DNA of 63,991 nucleotides, the filler included, from Octopus bimaculoides (Eukaryota), in NCBI RefSeq assembly GCF_001194135.2. It is 6 parts of 6 records of this genome, joined end to end, with 100 filler letters (N's around TTAATTAATTAA, not from the genome) between each part and the next. Parts side by side here need not be neighbours in the genome. Positions count along the whole stretch, not along the records: positions 1 to 23,910 come from NC_068981.1; 5 more parts are not named here. One strand, 5' to 3'. Positions 1 to 11,685 of this stretch are shown one piece after another; the stretch's first letter is position 1; each line of letters begins with the position of its first letter. The notes beneath the pieces are model-generated. The model was not told the DNA's origin and made no database searches. It saw only the letters and a program-made list of their open reading frames with translations. The translations under genes were made by a program, and so were the position numbers.

Positions 1-205
1 AATTATTTGTATCTAAAGCGTCACCTTTACCTTTGTAGCAGTTGACTATGATGCTGCTACACCAGTCATTGGGTATGACTCCTTCGTGTATCACCTGGTT
101 CGTAATACGGGTGACTAGGCTATAGCCAACACTGCCAGATATTTTGAGCATCTCTGCAGTGATTCCTGATGGGCCGGGGGCTTTCCCGGTCTTCATACTC
201 TTAAT
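1..205 (-). mobile_element. RTE-clade LINE reverse-transcriptase fragment
   Basis: Minus-strand translation AIKSMKTGKAPGPSGITAEMLKISGSVGYSLVTRITNQVIHEGVIPNDWCSSIIVNCYKGKGDALDTN is a typical pre-RT-domain-1 region. Confidence 0.8.
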
Positions 206-212
206 TGCTTTA

Positions 213-258
<46 letters not shown>

Positions 259-499
259 TATATATATTATATATAGATTCAACAGGGTATAAAATACCAC
301 TTGCTAAAAGCAGAGCCAATGCTCCAAAAACCACCATAAAACTCACAATAAAGACACATATTAGCAATGCAATGAACATATGAGAAATAGGTTTATATTG
401 TGTCTGTAATGATGTGAACTTGCTAACCAACTTATTATTTATATATATAACGGTAATGATACTTCTTATATATATATATATATATATACATACATATAA

Positions 500-770
500 T
501 ATAAAAAATATACATACGTGTATGTACATACATCTATACGTATATATATATGCATATGTGAGCACAGGACATCATGAAACATTTAGAACAAAAAAGTATG
601 AAGCACAAGTACATGGAACATGAACTATTCCTTCGAACAACAAAAAACACGGATGGAAAACAAAATAAACAACAACATAAAGAACAACCCTTCATCAGTT
701 GTTGGCTGTTTTTCTAGTCTCGTATTTCGAGCATTTAACAATATATACCTGTAATTTTGGATTTTGTCCC
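500..770 (-). mobile_element. Penelope-like pseudo-LTR remnant with partial hammerhead core (CTGATGAAGGG)
   Basis: Minus strand reads ...cagccaacaaCTGATGAAGGGttgtt followed by a T-rich tract. The GAAA half is not recognisable. Family assignment is from recall. Confidence 0.35.
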
Positions 771-1102
771 TAATATTATTATATATATTATTATATATAT
801 TATTATATCATATATATATATATATTATATATATATATATATATANNNNNNNNNNNNNNNNNNNNNNNNNNNNNNNNNNNNNNNNNNNNNNNNNNNNNNN
901 NNNNNNNNNNNNNNNNNNNNNNNNNNNNNNNNNNNNNNNNNNNNNNNNNNNNNNNNNNNNNNNNNNNNNNNNNNNNNNNNNNNNNNNNNNNNNNNNNNNN
1001 NNNNNNNNNNNNNNNNNNNNNNNNNNNNNNNNNNNNNNNNNNNNNNNNNNNNNNNNNNNNNNNNNNNNTTAGGGAAAAGAATTATGTTTATGCATATATA
1101 GG

Positions 1103-1140
<38 letters not shown>

Positions 1141-1414
1141 CACACATGTACATACATATACATATATATACACACACATCAAACAATGATAATAGACATA
1201 TACATGTGTGCATGCATGCATACAAACAAACACATACAGGTATGCATGCATAGTTAAGAAGTCTGCTTCACAACTAAGATTTCAAGTTCAGTCCCACTTC
1301 ATAGAAGCTTGAGCAAGTATCTTCTACTATAGACCTGGACTGACTAAAGCCTTGTGAGTAGATCTGATAGACAGAAACTGAAAGAAGCATGTCATGTGTG
1401 TATGTACAAGTATG

Positions 1415-1680
1415 TATCATTTAACGTCCGCTTTCCATGCTAGCATGGGTTGGACTGTGTATGCAGATATGAAAGCAAGTATGTACATATATATCATCAT
1501 CATCACCATCACCGTTTAACGTCTGCTTTTCATGCTGGCTTGGATTGGATGATTTGACAGGAGCTGGCCAGGCAGAAGACTGCACCAGATTTCTGTCTGT
1601 TTTGGCACAGCATTTACAGCTGGATGCTCTTCCTAAAACTAACCACCCCACAGTGGACTGAGTGCTTTTTACAAGTGAGG
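1415..1680 (-). mobile_element. RTE-tail SINE/LINE 3' end (family A)
   Basis: Shares the 3' end ...ccaacccatgctagcatggaaagcggacgttaaa + (ATG)n seen in more than 10 copies in the window. Confidence 0.75.
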
Positions 1681-1800
1681 TCAGTTTTGGCATAGTTTTT
1701 ATAGTTGGAAGTATTTTCCAAAGAGTGCCACCAACATACAAATGGTGGCATCCATTCAATATTCCAAGAAGGTCATATAGATATTGGCAGTATCTATTAA

Positions 1801-2016
1801 AGGCAGCAAGCTGGCAGAAACGTTAGCACACCGGGTAAAATGCTTAGCGGTATTTCGTCTGCCACTACGTTCTGAGTTCAAATTCCGCTGAGGTTGGCTT
1901 TGCCTTTCATCCTTTCGGGGTCAATAAATTAAGTATCAGTTATGTACTAGGGTCGATCTAATAGACTGGCCCCCTCCCCCAAAATTTCAGGCCTTGAGCC
2001 TTGAGTAGAAAAGAGT
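1801..2016 (+). mobile_element. tRNA-derived SINE (family B)
   Basis: B-box-like gagttcaaattcc plus body tttgcctttcatcctttcggggtc(g)ataaattaagta, repeated at 10015, 17331, 25040, 27010, 32330, 45990, 51860, 55990 and 63540. The body resembles the Meta-domain as recalled. Confidence 0.75.
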
Positions 2017-2768
2017 ATCTATAAGAACATGCATTAAAGTTTTCTTTAAACTGAAATTTGTAACTTAACCTTCCAGGGTATTTCATATACAAATAACAAT
2101 ATACTTCTTTCCCTGCATTGTTTCTGATAACAGAGATGCAGAACTTTAAGATGTTTCCAATAATTAAGGCTTTTAACTGAAGTTATTTTACAATTCTCTG
2201 TAACCAAAGCCATGAACAGTAATATAGTCTACTCAGAACTAAGGTTTTCCATAAAGTTTACATAACTGCTGGTTCTCTAGTGACAAAACCCGTAGGATTA
2301 ATTTTTCACAATGTATGCATTCAAAAGTCAGTTTCTCAACTATGTGGTCTTGAGTTCAGTCCCACTAAGTGACACCTCGAGTAAATGTCTTCTACTATAA
2401 CCCCAGGCTGACCAAGGCCTTGTCAGTGGATTTGGTGAAATGAGACTCTGAAAGAAGCCTGTCAGCTGTGTGTGTGTGTGTATGTTTGTGTATTCCAGTG
2501 AATTGACAGCATTTGATGGTTATAAATGAGCAGCGTTGTTATACAAGTGAAGCTGTTTGTTCGTAATCTTTCATGTCTATCTGTGGGGAAAATATTTATT
2601 TCCTTGGAAACAGGTAAGGGTTGGTAGCAAGATGAGCATCTAGACATAGAGAAACTGACCCAACAAATCCTGTCTGTCCATGCATGGAAAGATGGAATTT
2701 AAATGATGATGATAATGATATATCAGATAAATTAGTAAGAGAATGGCCCATAGCAAAATGTTAGCAGT

Positions 2769-2860
2769 GGCGATCTTTCAGTACTAGACCCCCATAACTT
2801 CTGGTCGTTGTGCGCATGCATACTGATTACATTATCGTATAGTGTGTTTATGTGTTTAAG

Positions 2861-2910
<50 letters not shown>

Positions 2911-3379
2911 NNNNNNNNNNNNNNNNNNNNNNNNNNNNNNNNNNNNNNNNNNNNNNNNNNNNNNNNNNNNNNNNNNNNNNNNNNNNNNNNNNNNNNNNNN
3001 NNNNNNNNNNNNNNNNNNNNNNNNNNNNNNNNNNNNNNNNNNNNNNNNNNNTTGGCGTTAGGAAGGGCATCCAGCTGTAGAAACTCTGCCAAATTAGATT
3101 GGAGCCTGGTGTTGCCATCCGGTTTCACCAGTCCTCAGTCAAATCGTCCAACCCATGCTAGCATGGAAAGCGGACGTTAAACGTTGATGATGATGATGAT
3201 GATATGAAAAGACAACATTAAATAGAAAAAAAAAATGAATGGCCCACTAAACTCAAACCTTCTCCCCTCAGATTCATACAGTTCTTAAACTTTAAACACA
3301 TAAACACTATACAATAATGTAATCAGTATGCGTGCGCACAACGACCGGAAGTTATGGGATCTAGTACCGAAAGATCGCC
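2769..3379. mobile_element. MITE-like element with ~90-bp inverted arms, containing (CT)n and a family A insertion
   Basis: 2769-2860 (ggcgatctttcagtactagacccccataacttctggtcgttgtgcgcatgcatactgatt...) is the reverse complement of ~3290-3379. Confidence 0.65.
3053..3205 (+). mobile_element. RTE-tail SINE/LINE 3' end (family A, young copy)
   Basis: Near-identical to the copies at 15975-16130 and 21338-21490; (GAT)n tail. Confidence 0.8.
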
Positions 3380-3560
3380 GTCAGCAGTTTGTATCCGACT
3401 GCTAGTAGAGCACTATGTCTATAGCAAAGAGACTTCAATTTCAAACAGCATATTCCACACAACTATAAATACGTAGCAAGGTATAGCACACCACACTACA
3501 CTACTGCAGGCACTACCTATTTGATGTTTAGTTAATAAAATATTAAAAGATTATATAAAC

Positions 3561-3783
3561 CTCAATTTTGAATCAAAATGTTCTTTTGCTGAAGTAAGAT
3601 CTTCTGGAAGAGGGCATTCAGGCATTTTCCACTGGTGTTGAATTGAGTCAAGTTCTTTCCGTTTGAATGAAAGCTGCATGTTGAGTAGGGTCTTTCCGTT
3701 TTGGGTGGCCTTTACAAATCGGTTGATAAATGTCTTACCATCATGCATGAGATCCACATGATAAGTAACAGGATCCTCAGATC
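3561..3783 (-). CDS. ACOT8: ACOT8/TesB-like coding exon 3 (SEDPVTYHVDLMHDGKTFINRFVKATQNGKTLLNMQLSFKRKELDSIQHQWKMPECPLPEDLTSAKEHFDSKLR)
   Basis: Acceptor tttttctaccAG|GA, donor TTG AG|GTTTAT, 223 nt, phases 1/2. Matches ACOT8 PVxYxV..DGxSFxxRxVxAxQxGK...xSF...QHQ..MP.VP.PE.L. Intron phases agree with the vertebrate ACOT8 structure as recalled. Confidence 0.9.
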
Positions 3784-3862
3784 CTGGTAGAAAAATGAAA
3801 AGAAAACTGAATTCAACTTACATATTTATCATGTAAACTTATATTTCAAAACTGTAACTTAA

Positions 3863-4073
3863 CCCTTTCATTACCAACTCGGCTCTGGCTCTGTAGCACA
3901 AATGTCTTGTTTTCATAAGTTTTGAATTAAAATCTTCCACCAAACCTTAGTCACAATTTATACTCCTAACACTAGCTTAATGATAACTAAGTTATTTTAC
4001 TAAATTCTTTGTGATATTTATATTAATTGAAAGAAACACAGAGCATCTCAAAGTAAATATGATAATGAAAGGG
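3863..4073. mobile_element. TTAA-flanked MITE (piggyBac-type non-autonomous)
   Basis: TTAA|CCCTTTCATTAC ... ATAATGAAAGGG|TTAA: terminal inverted repeats plus TTAA target duplication. Confidence 0.75.
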
Positions 4074-4417
4074 TTAAACACCTTGTAAAATATTTTGAAA
4101 AATAATAATGCCCAAAATTTAAATTTTGAGTTAGAAGCTGCCCTATAATGTAAACATTACAGACTCTAGCTCAAAATTAAAATTTTGTTTTACTTCTGTG
4201 ACACTGTTGCATATCATTAGATAGATTTTTACGCTATCTGTAAATACTTTGGGTCAGTGATCTGAATTTGTTTAGAAAGTGAATTGAGTATATGGTACTA
4301 ATGAGCTGAAATAAACAATGGTGAAATATCAATATCTATCATTCTCGTTCATCTCCAGAGTGATTCATTTTGCCTGGTTTTGAAGTATACTGTGTTTCTC
4401 AACACACTGTAATTTAA

Positions 4418-4913
4418 CCCTTTAACATTCAGATTATTAGATTCACTTCAACATTTAAATTTAATTTGCCAATATATCTTTGTCGCTTTGAGACCGCGAC
4501 CTGCTCACTGACAAAATTTTGTGCTGCATCTCGTGCAGCACGGAATTTTGTCAGTGAACAGGTCGCGGTCTCAAAGCGACGAAAATATTTTGGCAAATTA
4601 AATTTAAATGTTGAAGTGAATCTAATGGTTTTTGTGTGTTTCTTAAATGGCTTATAAACACCTTCCACGCTGCAATTGTTTTCGTTCCAGCACATGGTCT
4701 CAGATCAGATCAGATCAGGTCGCTTGCTATGCAAGTACATCTCCGTAATTCAGATTATTGTATTGAATTAATCATGCATTATCTTATAGCTTAAATATTT
4801 CAATAAAGTGATTGCTTCTTTTTACAATGACATTGTGAGGTAGGTGTGAGAAGCCAGACCTGGCCAGTTTGACCATAAAACAGGTAGATATGGTCAGTTT
4901 AAAAACTAAAGGA
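4418..4913. mobile_element. TTAA-flanked MITE interrupted by a hairpin-bearing insertion (4439-4747)
   Basis: TTAA|CCCTTTAAC ... CTAAAGGA|TTAA. The body is an inverted homologue of 9186-9411. The insertion is flanked by 12-bp ATTCAGATTATT repeats. Confidence 0.65.
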
Positions 4914-4952
4914 TTAAATGGCCAAATTTCCTGGATGAAATATCATGAGAAA

Positions 4953-5314
4953 ATTTCGTATTTTAGAAGTTATTGCATGTTAAAGATTTTGTATTTGGGT
5001 AATTTTAACCAATCAACAAAGTGTATTCAGTTGAAGAAAGCTACTGCTGTTTGCAATAGTAATCGAAAAGCAACAACTTCTGGATAATCTCTAGTAAATG
5101 TAGTTTTCAATCACATGTGGATTATTTGGTGTGTTCTTTAGCTAATCCACATGTAGTTGAAAGATACATTTAGTAGAGATGACCTGGAAGTTGTTGCTCT
5201 TCGATTACTATTGCAAACAGAGGTAGCTATCTCCAGCTGAATACATGTCATTGATTGGTTAAAATTACCCAAATACGACAACTTTAACATGAAATAACTT
5301 CTAAAATACAAAAT
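4953..5314. repeat. Foldback element with ~170-bp imperfect inverted arms
   Basis: atttcgtattttagaagttatt...cacatgtggatta / taatccacatgt...aataacttctaaaatacaaaat, with a short central loop. Confidence 0.8.
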
Positions 5315-5806
5315 GTCAAAAATGTTGAAAGTAAACCATGTTCAGTGTGAAGAAGTTATACCATAATAAGAAGTTTCAAACTGTTTAGTTAAAAAAGATA
5401 ATTAAAAAATCTGTGAGCAAAACTGAAAAGATCCAAAAAATCTCACACACACACACACTACTACTAGATGCTGTTGGCTCTCAAAAACAAGATGGTGAGG
5501 TGATCTTACCTGCTACCTGGAGCCTACATGGCCACTACTAGCCAGAGACAGACAGCAGTGGAAGGGGTCCAGAGAGAGGTTTCTCCTACAGGAGTGATGA
5601 AGCCCTAGTTGAGGTTGAGGCCAAGGAAGGGAAATAGGAGGAATGCAACCAAGCAGCAAGGACCGAAGTGGATGAGAGAAGCGTGAAAGTGCTGAGAGTA
5701 CTCAATAACCTGAGGCATGTATATTTGCTCAGGTAATACATTTTAATAATTTGAGGAAATATTATTTTGCATCTTTGACAGGGTTTCAAGGATATTTAAA
5801 CAACAT

Positions 5807-6010
5807 GAGTAAACAGCACCCACTACACTCTCGGAGTGGTTGGTGTTAGGAAGGGCATCCAGCTGTAGAAACATTGCCAGATCAGATTGGAGCCTGGTGC
5901 AGCCGCTGGCTCTCCAGACCTCAGTCAAACCGTCCAACCCACACCAGCATGGAAAACGGACGTTAAACAATAATGATGATGATGATGATGATGATGACGA
6001 TGATGATAAT
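5807..6010 (+). mobile_element. Family A 3' end with (GAT)n tail
   Basis: Matches the family A terminal sequence. Confidence 0.75.
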
Positions 6011-6535
6011 GACGATGATGACGAGTGCTTAACATTAAAGTTTAATTATGAAATATTGTAAAAATGCCAAAAAATTACATTTCCTTGTAATCAAACAGTA
6101 TGCAGTGTGGCTGGAAATACATGTCATACGGTAAATTCCAGTAACAGACCTTAGCAGTTAATCTGTTATTTGAGTGATCATTACATATCCTACTTTGTCA
6201 TATTTTGAGCAACTCAGTGACTATTCCTACCTTCACATCCTTAATCACCAACTTGAATTACTCATCCCTCTGTAGGGTCAACATAAAGTAGCCCTTCGTT
6301 AACACACACATTCTCCTCCTTTAACAATCTCTCATAATTACACTTCTGTGCCTCTTTCTTGTCATCAGCAGTAATGGCAAGTATGTGTCCATCATTCCAG
6401 ATACACTTCTCTCCTTGATGACTCTCTTGTGCTCTCTGACATGCTGTTTTACAATCCTGAACACTTGATGTTTTTGATCCTCACATTGTGGAGCAAATGC
6501 AAATCTCTTCTTTTCTGCTTGTTCCCAGACTTACT

Positions 6536-6956
6536 CTTTTACTTGTTTCAGTCATTTGACTGCGGCCATGCTGGTACACCGCCTTTAGTCGAGCAAATCG
6601 ACTCCAGGACTTATTCTTTGGAAGCCTAGTACTTATTCTATCGGTCTCTTTTGCCGAACCGCTAAGTTGCGGGGACGTAAACACACCAGCATCGGTTGTC
6701 AAGCGATGTTGGGGGGACAAACACAGACACACAAATACACAAACACAGACACACAAATACACACACACATATATATATACATATACATATATACGACGGG
6801 CTTCTTTCAGTTTCCATCTACAAAATCCACTCACAAGGCTTTGGTCGACCCGAGGCTATAGTAGAAGACACTTGCCCAAGGTGCCACGCAGTGGGACTGA
6901 ACCCGGAACCATGTGGTTGGTAAGCAAGCTACTTACCACACAGCCACTCCTGCACC
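6536..6956 (-). mobile_element. Full-length tRNA-derived CORE-type SINE (family C, octopus OR-like)
   Basis: Minus strand: tRNA-like head ggtgcaggagtggctgtgtggtaag...ggttcagtccc, CORE-like ggcaccttgggcaagtgtcttctac, internal (TG)n and tail ending actgaaacaagtaaaa. Partial copies at 1240, 2330, 9880, 22055, 46130, 53020, 61110, 61780 and 63215. Confidence 0.75.
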
Positions 6957-7154
6957 TATGCATATCTGACACCTGGCATGTCATGTAACTTCTACTGCTC
7001 TGTCTACCATATCATTCCACCACCATATCACTTTCAGTCTAGCTGGGATCTTACTACTAGCCACACATTTAATCTGTAGCCTTGAGCAAGTTATCACATA
7101 GAAATACCAAGTTGTTATATATGCTATAAGTACTTAACTCCTTCTCCCGACAGT

Positions 7155-7845
7155 CATCATCATCATCATCATCATCATCATCGTTTAATGTCCGCTTTCC
7201 ATGCTAGCATGGGTTGGACGATTTGACTAAGGACTGGTGAACCAGATGGCTGCACCAGGCTCCAATCTGATCTGGCAGAGTTTCTACAGTTGGATGCCCT
7301 TCCTAACGCCAACCACTCCGAGAGAGTAGTGGGTGCTTTTACGTGCCACTGGCACAAGAGCCAGTCAGGCGGTACTGGCAACGACCACGCTCAAATGGTG
7401 TTTTTTACGTGCCACCTGCACAGGAGCCAGTCCAGCGGCACTGGCAATGACCTCCCTTGAATGTCTTTTCATGTGCTACCAGCACAAGTGCCAGTAAGGC
7501 GATGCTGGTAACGATCACGCTCAAGTAGTGCTATTTACGTGCCACCGGCATGGAAGCCAGACTGCTGCTCTGGTAATGATCACGCTCGGATGGTGCTGTT
7601 AGTGCTCCACTGGCACAGGTGCCAGTCATCAAATTTGATTCAATTACGATTTCGATTTCAGTTGCCTCAACAGGTCTTTACAAGCAGAGTTTAGTGTTCA
7701 ATGAAGGAAAGGTACGCATAAGTGGGCTGGCTACACCTCTGGCAGAGGCCACGGATTATGGTCTCACTTGGCTTGCCAGGGCTTCTCACGCACAGCATAT
7801 TTCCAAAGGTCTCAGTCACTAGTCATTGCCTCATACAAATCAAAT
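7155..7845 (-). mobile_element. RTE LINE 3' UTR (long family A copy with internal tandem subrepeats)
   Basis: (CAT)n tail, family A end and repeated acgtgccac(c)ggcaca units; collinear with 22740-23260. Confidence 0.7.
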
Positions 7846-9185
7846 AGAATTTCTATAAACTTGTGCCTCACAATAAGTTCTTTTAGCTTCAATATCTTTC
7901 CTTCCCATATTGTTTTCTATTTCAGAGTCTGCCTAGCTCAAACTCCGAGGTCATCAGCCTCTAATCTATGTTGGAAAATGCACTTTTAACAAGGGAAGTG
8001 TCTGGTATTTACAATGCTCTGCCTATCCCATTTCCTGGTGAGGTGGAAATATATCTGACTCTTGTGTTCACCAGATTGGTAGGTGATGATGTGGCTGGTT
8101 GATATCTTGAAGTATGAATTGCAAATTGTTAGATTAATTGCATCACAGAACTCCTGTAGCCTTAAAACTCCCTATTCCTTGTACCAAAACCATAGCATTC
8201 ATGGACACAACAGACACCACCATGGCGCTAATAGATATGTCTGTTAAAGTCACCAGCCACTCTGATTAAGTTACTGTTGATCCTTGTCACATGACTAAAC
8301 TGAATATTGGGAGGGGAGATCAGAATCCTAATTTTTACTCCACAGCAAGTTTAAATAAGGTTTAAATTTCTATTAAAAGTTTTAAACATAAATATTAAAT
8401 GTTTTATTGTTTTAATCTTAAATGTTTAAACATGAATATTAAATATTTTAAATATAAATATAAATACTATTTATATATTGAACTAAATATTTTCAATGTT
8501 TTATTTAAGTTAATTATTTCCTTTGCGCTTCATCTCTTCAACAATCTAATAGTTATTTTAACCAAGAGTTCTGAAAATTTCTGAGATCATGTAACCAGAA
8601 GAAAAATATATCAAAACCACACCCAACATTTTTTTTTTTTCTCACTTTTACTTGGATTCAGAATATCACAAAATAGGTTAAGAAACAGTATTGAAGGTTT
8701 AAACATTACCAGTCAATATCTCATGGTATGCAGTTTTTTCTCACAAAAATCATAAACAAGTTCTCCTAAAATTCTTCAGTCAGTGAAACAAAAGAACCTT
8801 GAAAACTACTCGTTAGGTGTAAGCATGTGGCTTTTATTATTATGCTATGGCTACATACAAAGAAAATGTGTTCATTAATTAATTTCTAATTAACAAGCAG
8901 TCATTAAGTTTTAATTCAAATATTAGATGATGTTTAGCAGTGATCAGTTATAACAAAACAGAGCTATGATGAAAGATGTTTCCTCTGGGAACATTTACCC
9001 TTTTTGTTCTGTGTCTAACACACTGAAGCTCGGTGAAGTCCTCTGGCTTGCCAGCTCCTGTTGAACCATCCAAACCATATCAGCATGGAAAACAGACATT
9101 AAATGATAATGACGTTGATGATGATGATGATGATGATAGTGGTGGCATTGGCAGTGATGGTGATGATAATGATGATGATGACTAA

Positions 9186-9411
9186 CCCCTTTGCATTTAA
9201 ACTAGCCATATCTGACCCAAATATTCTACTTGTTTTTTGTTGAAACTGGCCAGATGCAGCCTCTCACACCTACCCAACAATGTCATTCTAAAAATTAAAA
9301 AAATCACACCATTGAATTCTCAAAGTTATAAGATAATGAATACATAATTAATTCAAAACAATTTGAATAAATAATCATTACATTTGATAGAGTAATCTGA
9401 ATGCTAAAGGG
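9186..9411. mobile_element. TTAA-type MITE
   Basis: ctaa|CCCCTTTGCATT ... AATGCTAAAGGG|TTAA; homologous to 4418-4913. Confidence 0.6.
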
Positions 9412-9603
9412 TTAAATACATTAACTAAAATGACCATTGTTTTTTAAGTTGACAGTATATAATTGAAAGGGGATTTGGTTGCTATTTCTAGCAGGTTGAT
9501 TGGATAATCGCAGAGAGGTGTTGTCATGAGCTTTACTAAAAACAAAGGTTAATATGCAAAGTAATGACAAGAAAAGTGAATAGAAAATAGATTAATAACA
9601 TAC

Positions 9604-9743
9604 CAGGAGAAAGAAAATAGTTGTGCATACTGTTTACATAATATTCTTTGGGTACAGTAGAAATAGCAGCACTGATTGCCTGCAGCATGAGATGCCCTCC
9701 AAAGGCAAATTTAAAATAGGAGTGGACATGTAGCTTATTTCCT
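9604..9743 (-). CDS. ACOT8: ACOT8/TesB-like coding exon 2 (GNKLHVHSYFKFAFGGHLMLQAISAAISTVPKEYYVNSMHNYFLSPG)
   Basis: Acceptor ttttAG|A GGA, donor CCT G|GTATGT, 140 nt, phases 2/1. Matches the hotdog-fold motifs FGGQxxxQALxAA and HSxHxYFxxPG. Confidence 0.9.
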
Positions 9744-11595
9744 CTAAAATTGATAAAAAACAGAAAACAAAAATTAAATTTCTTTATAAATGTCTGAAAC
9801 TAAAAAATTTGTTAAATAACAGAATATTCTTGACAGGCACAAAAAGAAAAAAAAAATTTAAATAAATGTATATATATAATAGGCTTCTTTCAAAAATCCA
9901 CTCACAAGGTTTTGGTCGACCTGAAGCTATAGTGGAAAACACTTCATCAAGGTGCCAAGCAGTGGAACTGAACCTGGAAACATGTGCTTAAGAAGCTAAC
10001 TTCTTATTTTTTTTACTGCCCACAAGGGGCTACACACAGAGGGGACAAACGGATTAAGTTGATTATATTGACCCCAGTGCGTAACTGGCACTTACTTAAT
10101 CGACCCCGAAAGGATGAAAGGCAAATTCGACCTCAGAACGTAGTGGCAGACGAAATAGTGCTAAGCATTTCACCCGGTGTGCTAACGATTCTGCCAGCTC
10201 GCCGCCTTTGAGAAATTATACAATTTTCAATTTTCTTTTTTGAGTCATATTTTACAAGACATTATAATTTCCATTACTGGCATATCTAATTCTTAATACA
10301 TTCCAGTAGATTCGAACATGAATATGTTAATTACGGTTGTATTTTGTTAGAGGAGAACAACTTCTCAGTTATGACAAAACTGTGTTCATAGGCCAGTTGA
10401 TTCATTAGCACTTGCTGATGAATCTTCCAGAATGCATGAGGAATAAATATGCTGTTCACTGCACATAAAATGATTTATTCATAATTTAGAATTTCTAAAA
10501 ACTTTTGTTGTTTGGTTGGTAAGATTTTTATATGTGAAATCATGTGTTGAAATGCATTTTGTTTTATCTTACGAGAATTATTATGCTAAATAGTCTTTGT
10601 TGTTTTTTTTGTTTTGTTTCAGGATACTCTAAGCTTTGATCTAAGTAGTGGAAAATGTACTTTCTGCTTTATCATCTGCATTTGGCAAGATGCAGACTCT
10701 TTCATTAAACATTGTATGCATAATGATCCATCCAAGTTACAACAGAATTCTTGTAAGCTATAACATATAAGTTTTTAACCGATTGAAATTGAAACTTTTA
10801 GGTGAAGAAAAGTAATTAGCACTAAAGAAAATTGTTTTCAAGGTGGGAAAGGGTGAGAACACACAATATTCCAATCAATAAATAATTAAATGTAAATATG
10901 CAGCAAGGGAATGAACCTGATCTCTGAGGACATGATTCAGTTATATTTGACCTTTTGAACATGTATATGTGTGTGTGTAGCACGCCAGAGCTGAGACATT
11001 TTGAAAATATCCCCAATGTAATTGGTAAAACTGTACGCACGTCTAATGTTAAGTAGACAATTCGTGTATAGTTCTGCAAATTATATTGATTTTAGAACGG
11101 ATTGTGCTGATGAACCATAGATGATTTTACGTAAGTAAAAGAGTTAATGGCGAAACCTGGTACACAATTAATTCTTTATTTTTATGTATTTTCCATTTTG
11201 TCCTGCCCGCTTAAGCTCTGTGTATTTTTGCTGAATTTTTTCTGGAGAACATGATTTTTCTTTTGTGGTTGGGTCGTTGATGACCTCTTTCTAGCATACT
11301 GGATGACCACCTAGTGGTCATCCCTTCTTATATGCATATAATACAAATATATATATGTATATACAGATAAGGAAATAATTTTATTCTCAAACACAGGATA
11401 ATGCTAATAGTATAGCATGAACAGGATAAACTATACATATTTTGCAATGTAGCAATGTGTGAAGTTCATGAATTATGAGCTATAACGAACCTTGAACTTC
11501 ATACGTTGCTATGCATTTCTCTACATCAGATTCTCTGAACATCTCCACATAAAATTTTCCTGCCTATATATTCTCTTACTTATATGCTTTATATT

Positions 11596-11685
11596 TATCT
11601 CTGATGATGGAAAACCCAGTATATGTAAATGTGGATCAACACTTTGATCCATTACCTGGGATATCCCAGAAACAGCTGTAAGACA
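11596..11685 (+). ncRNA. Type I hammerhead-ribozyme-like motif (Penelope-type) with extended stem II
   Basis: TATCT-CTGATGA-[TGG...CCA hairpin with cccag/ctggg and tggatcaa/ttgatcca]-GAAA-CAGCTG-TA|AGACA; palindromic stem III ACAGCTGT. Confidence 0.5.

Noticed and set aside
1-3560. ACOT8 exon 4 and later exons
   Set aside because: No phase-compatible minus-strand segment with the expected W-x-R/K-A motif was found; presumably left of the window or in a gap.
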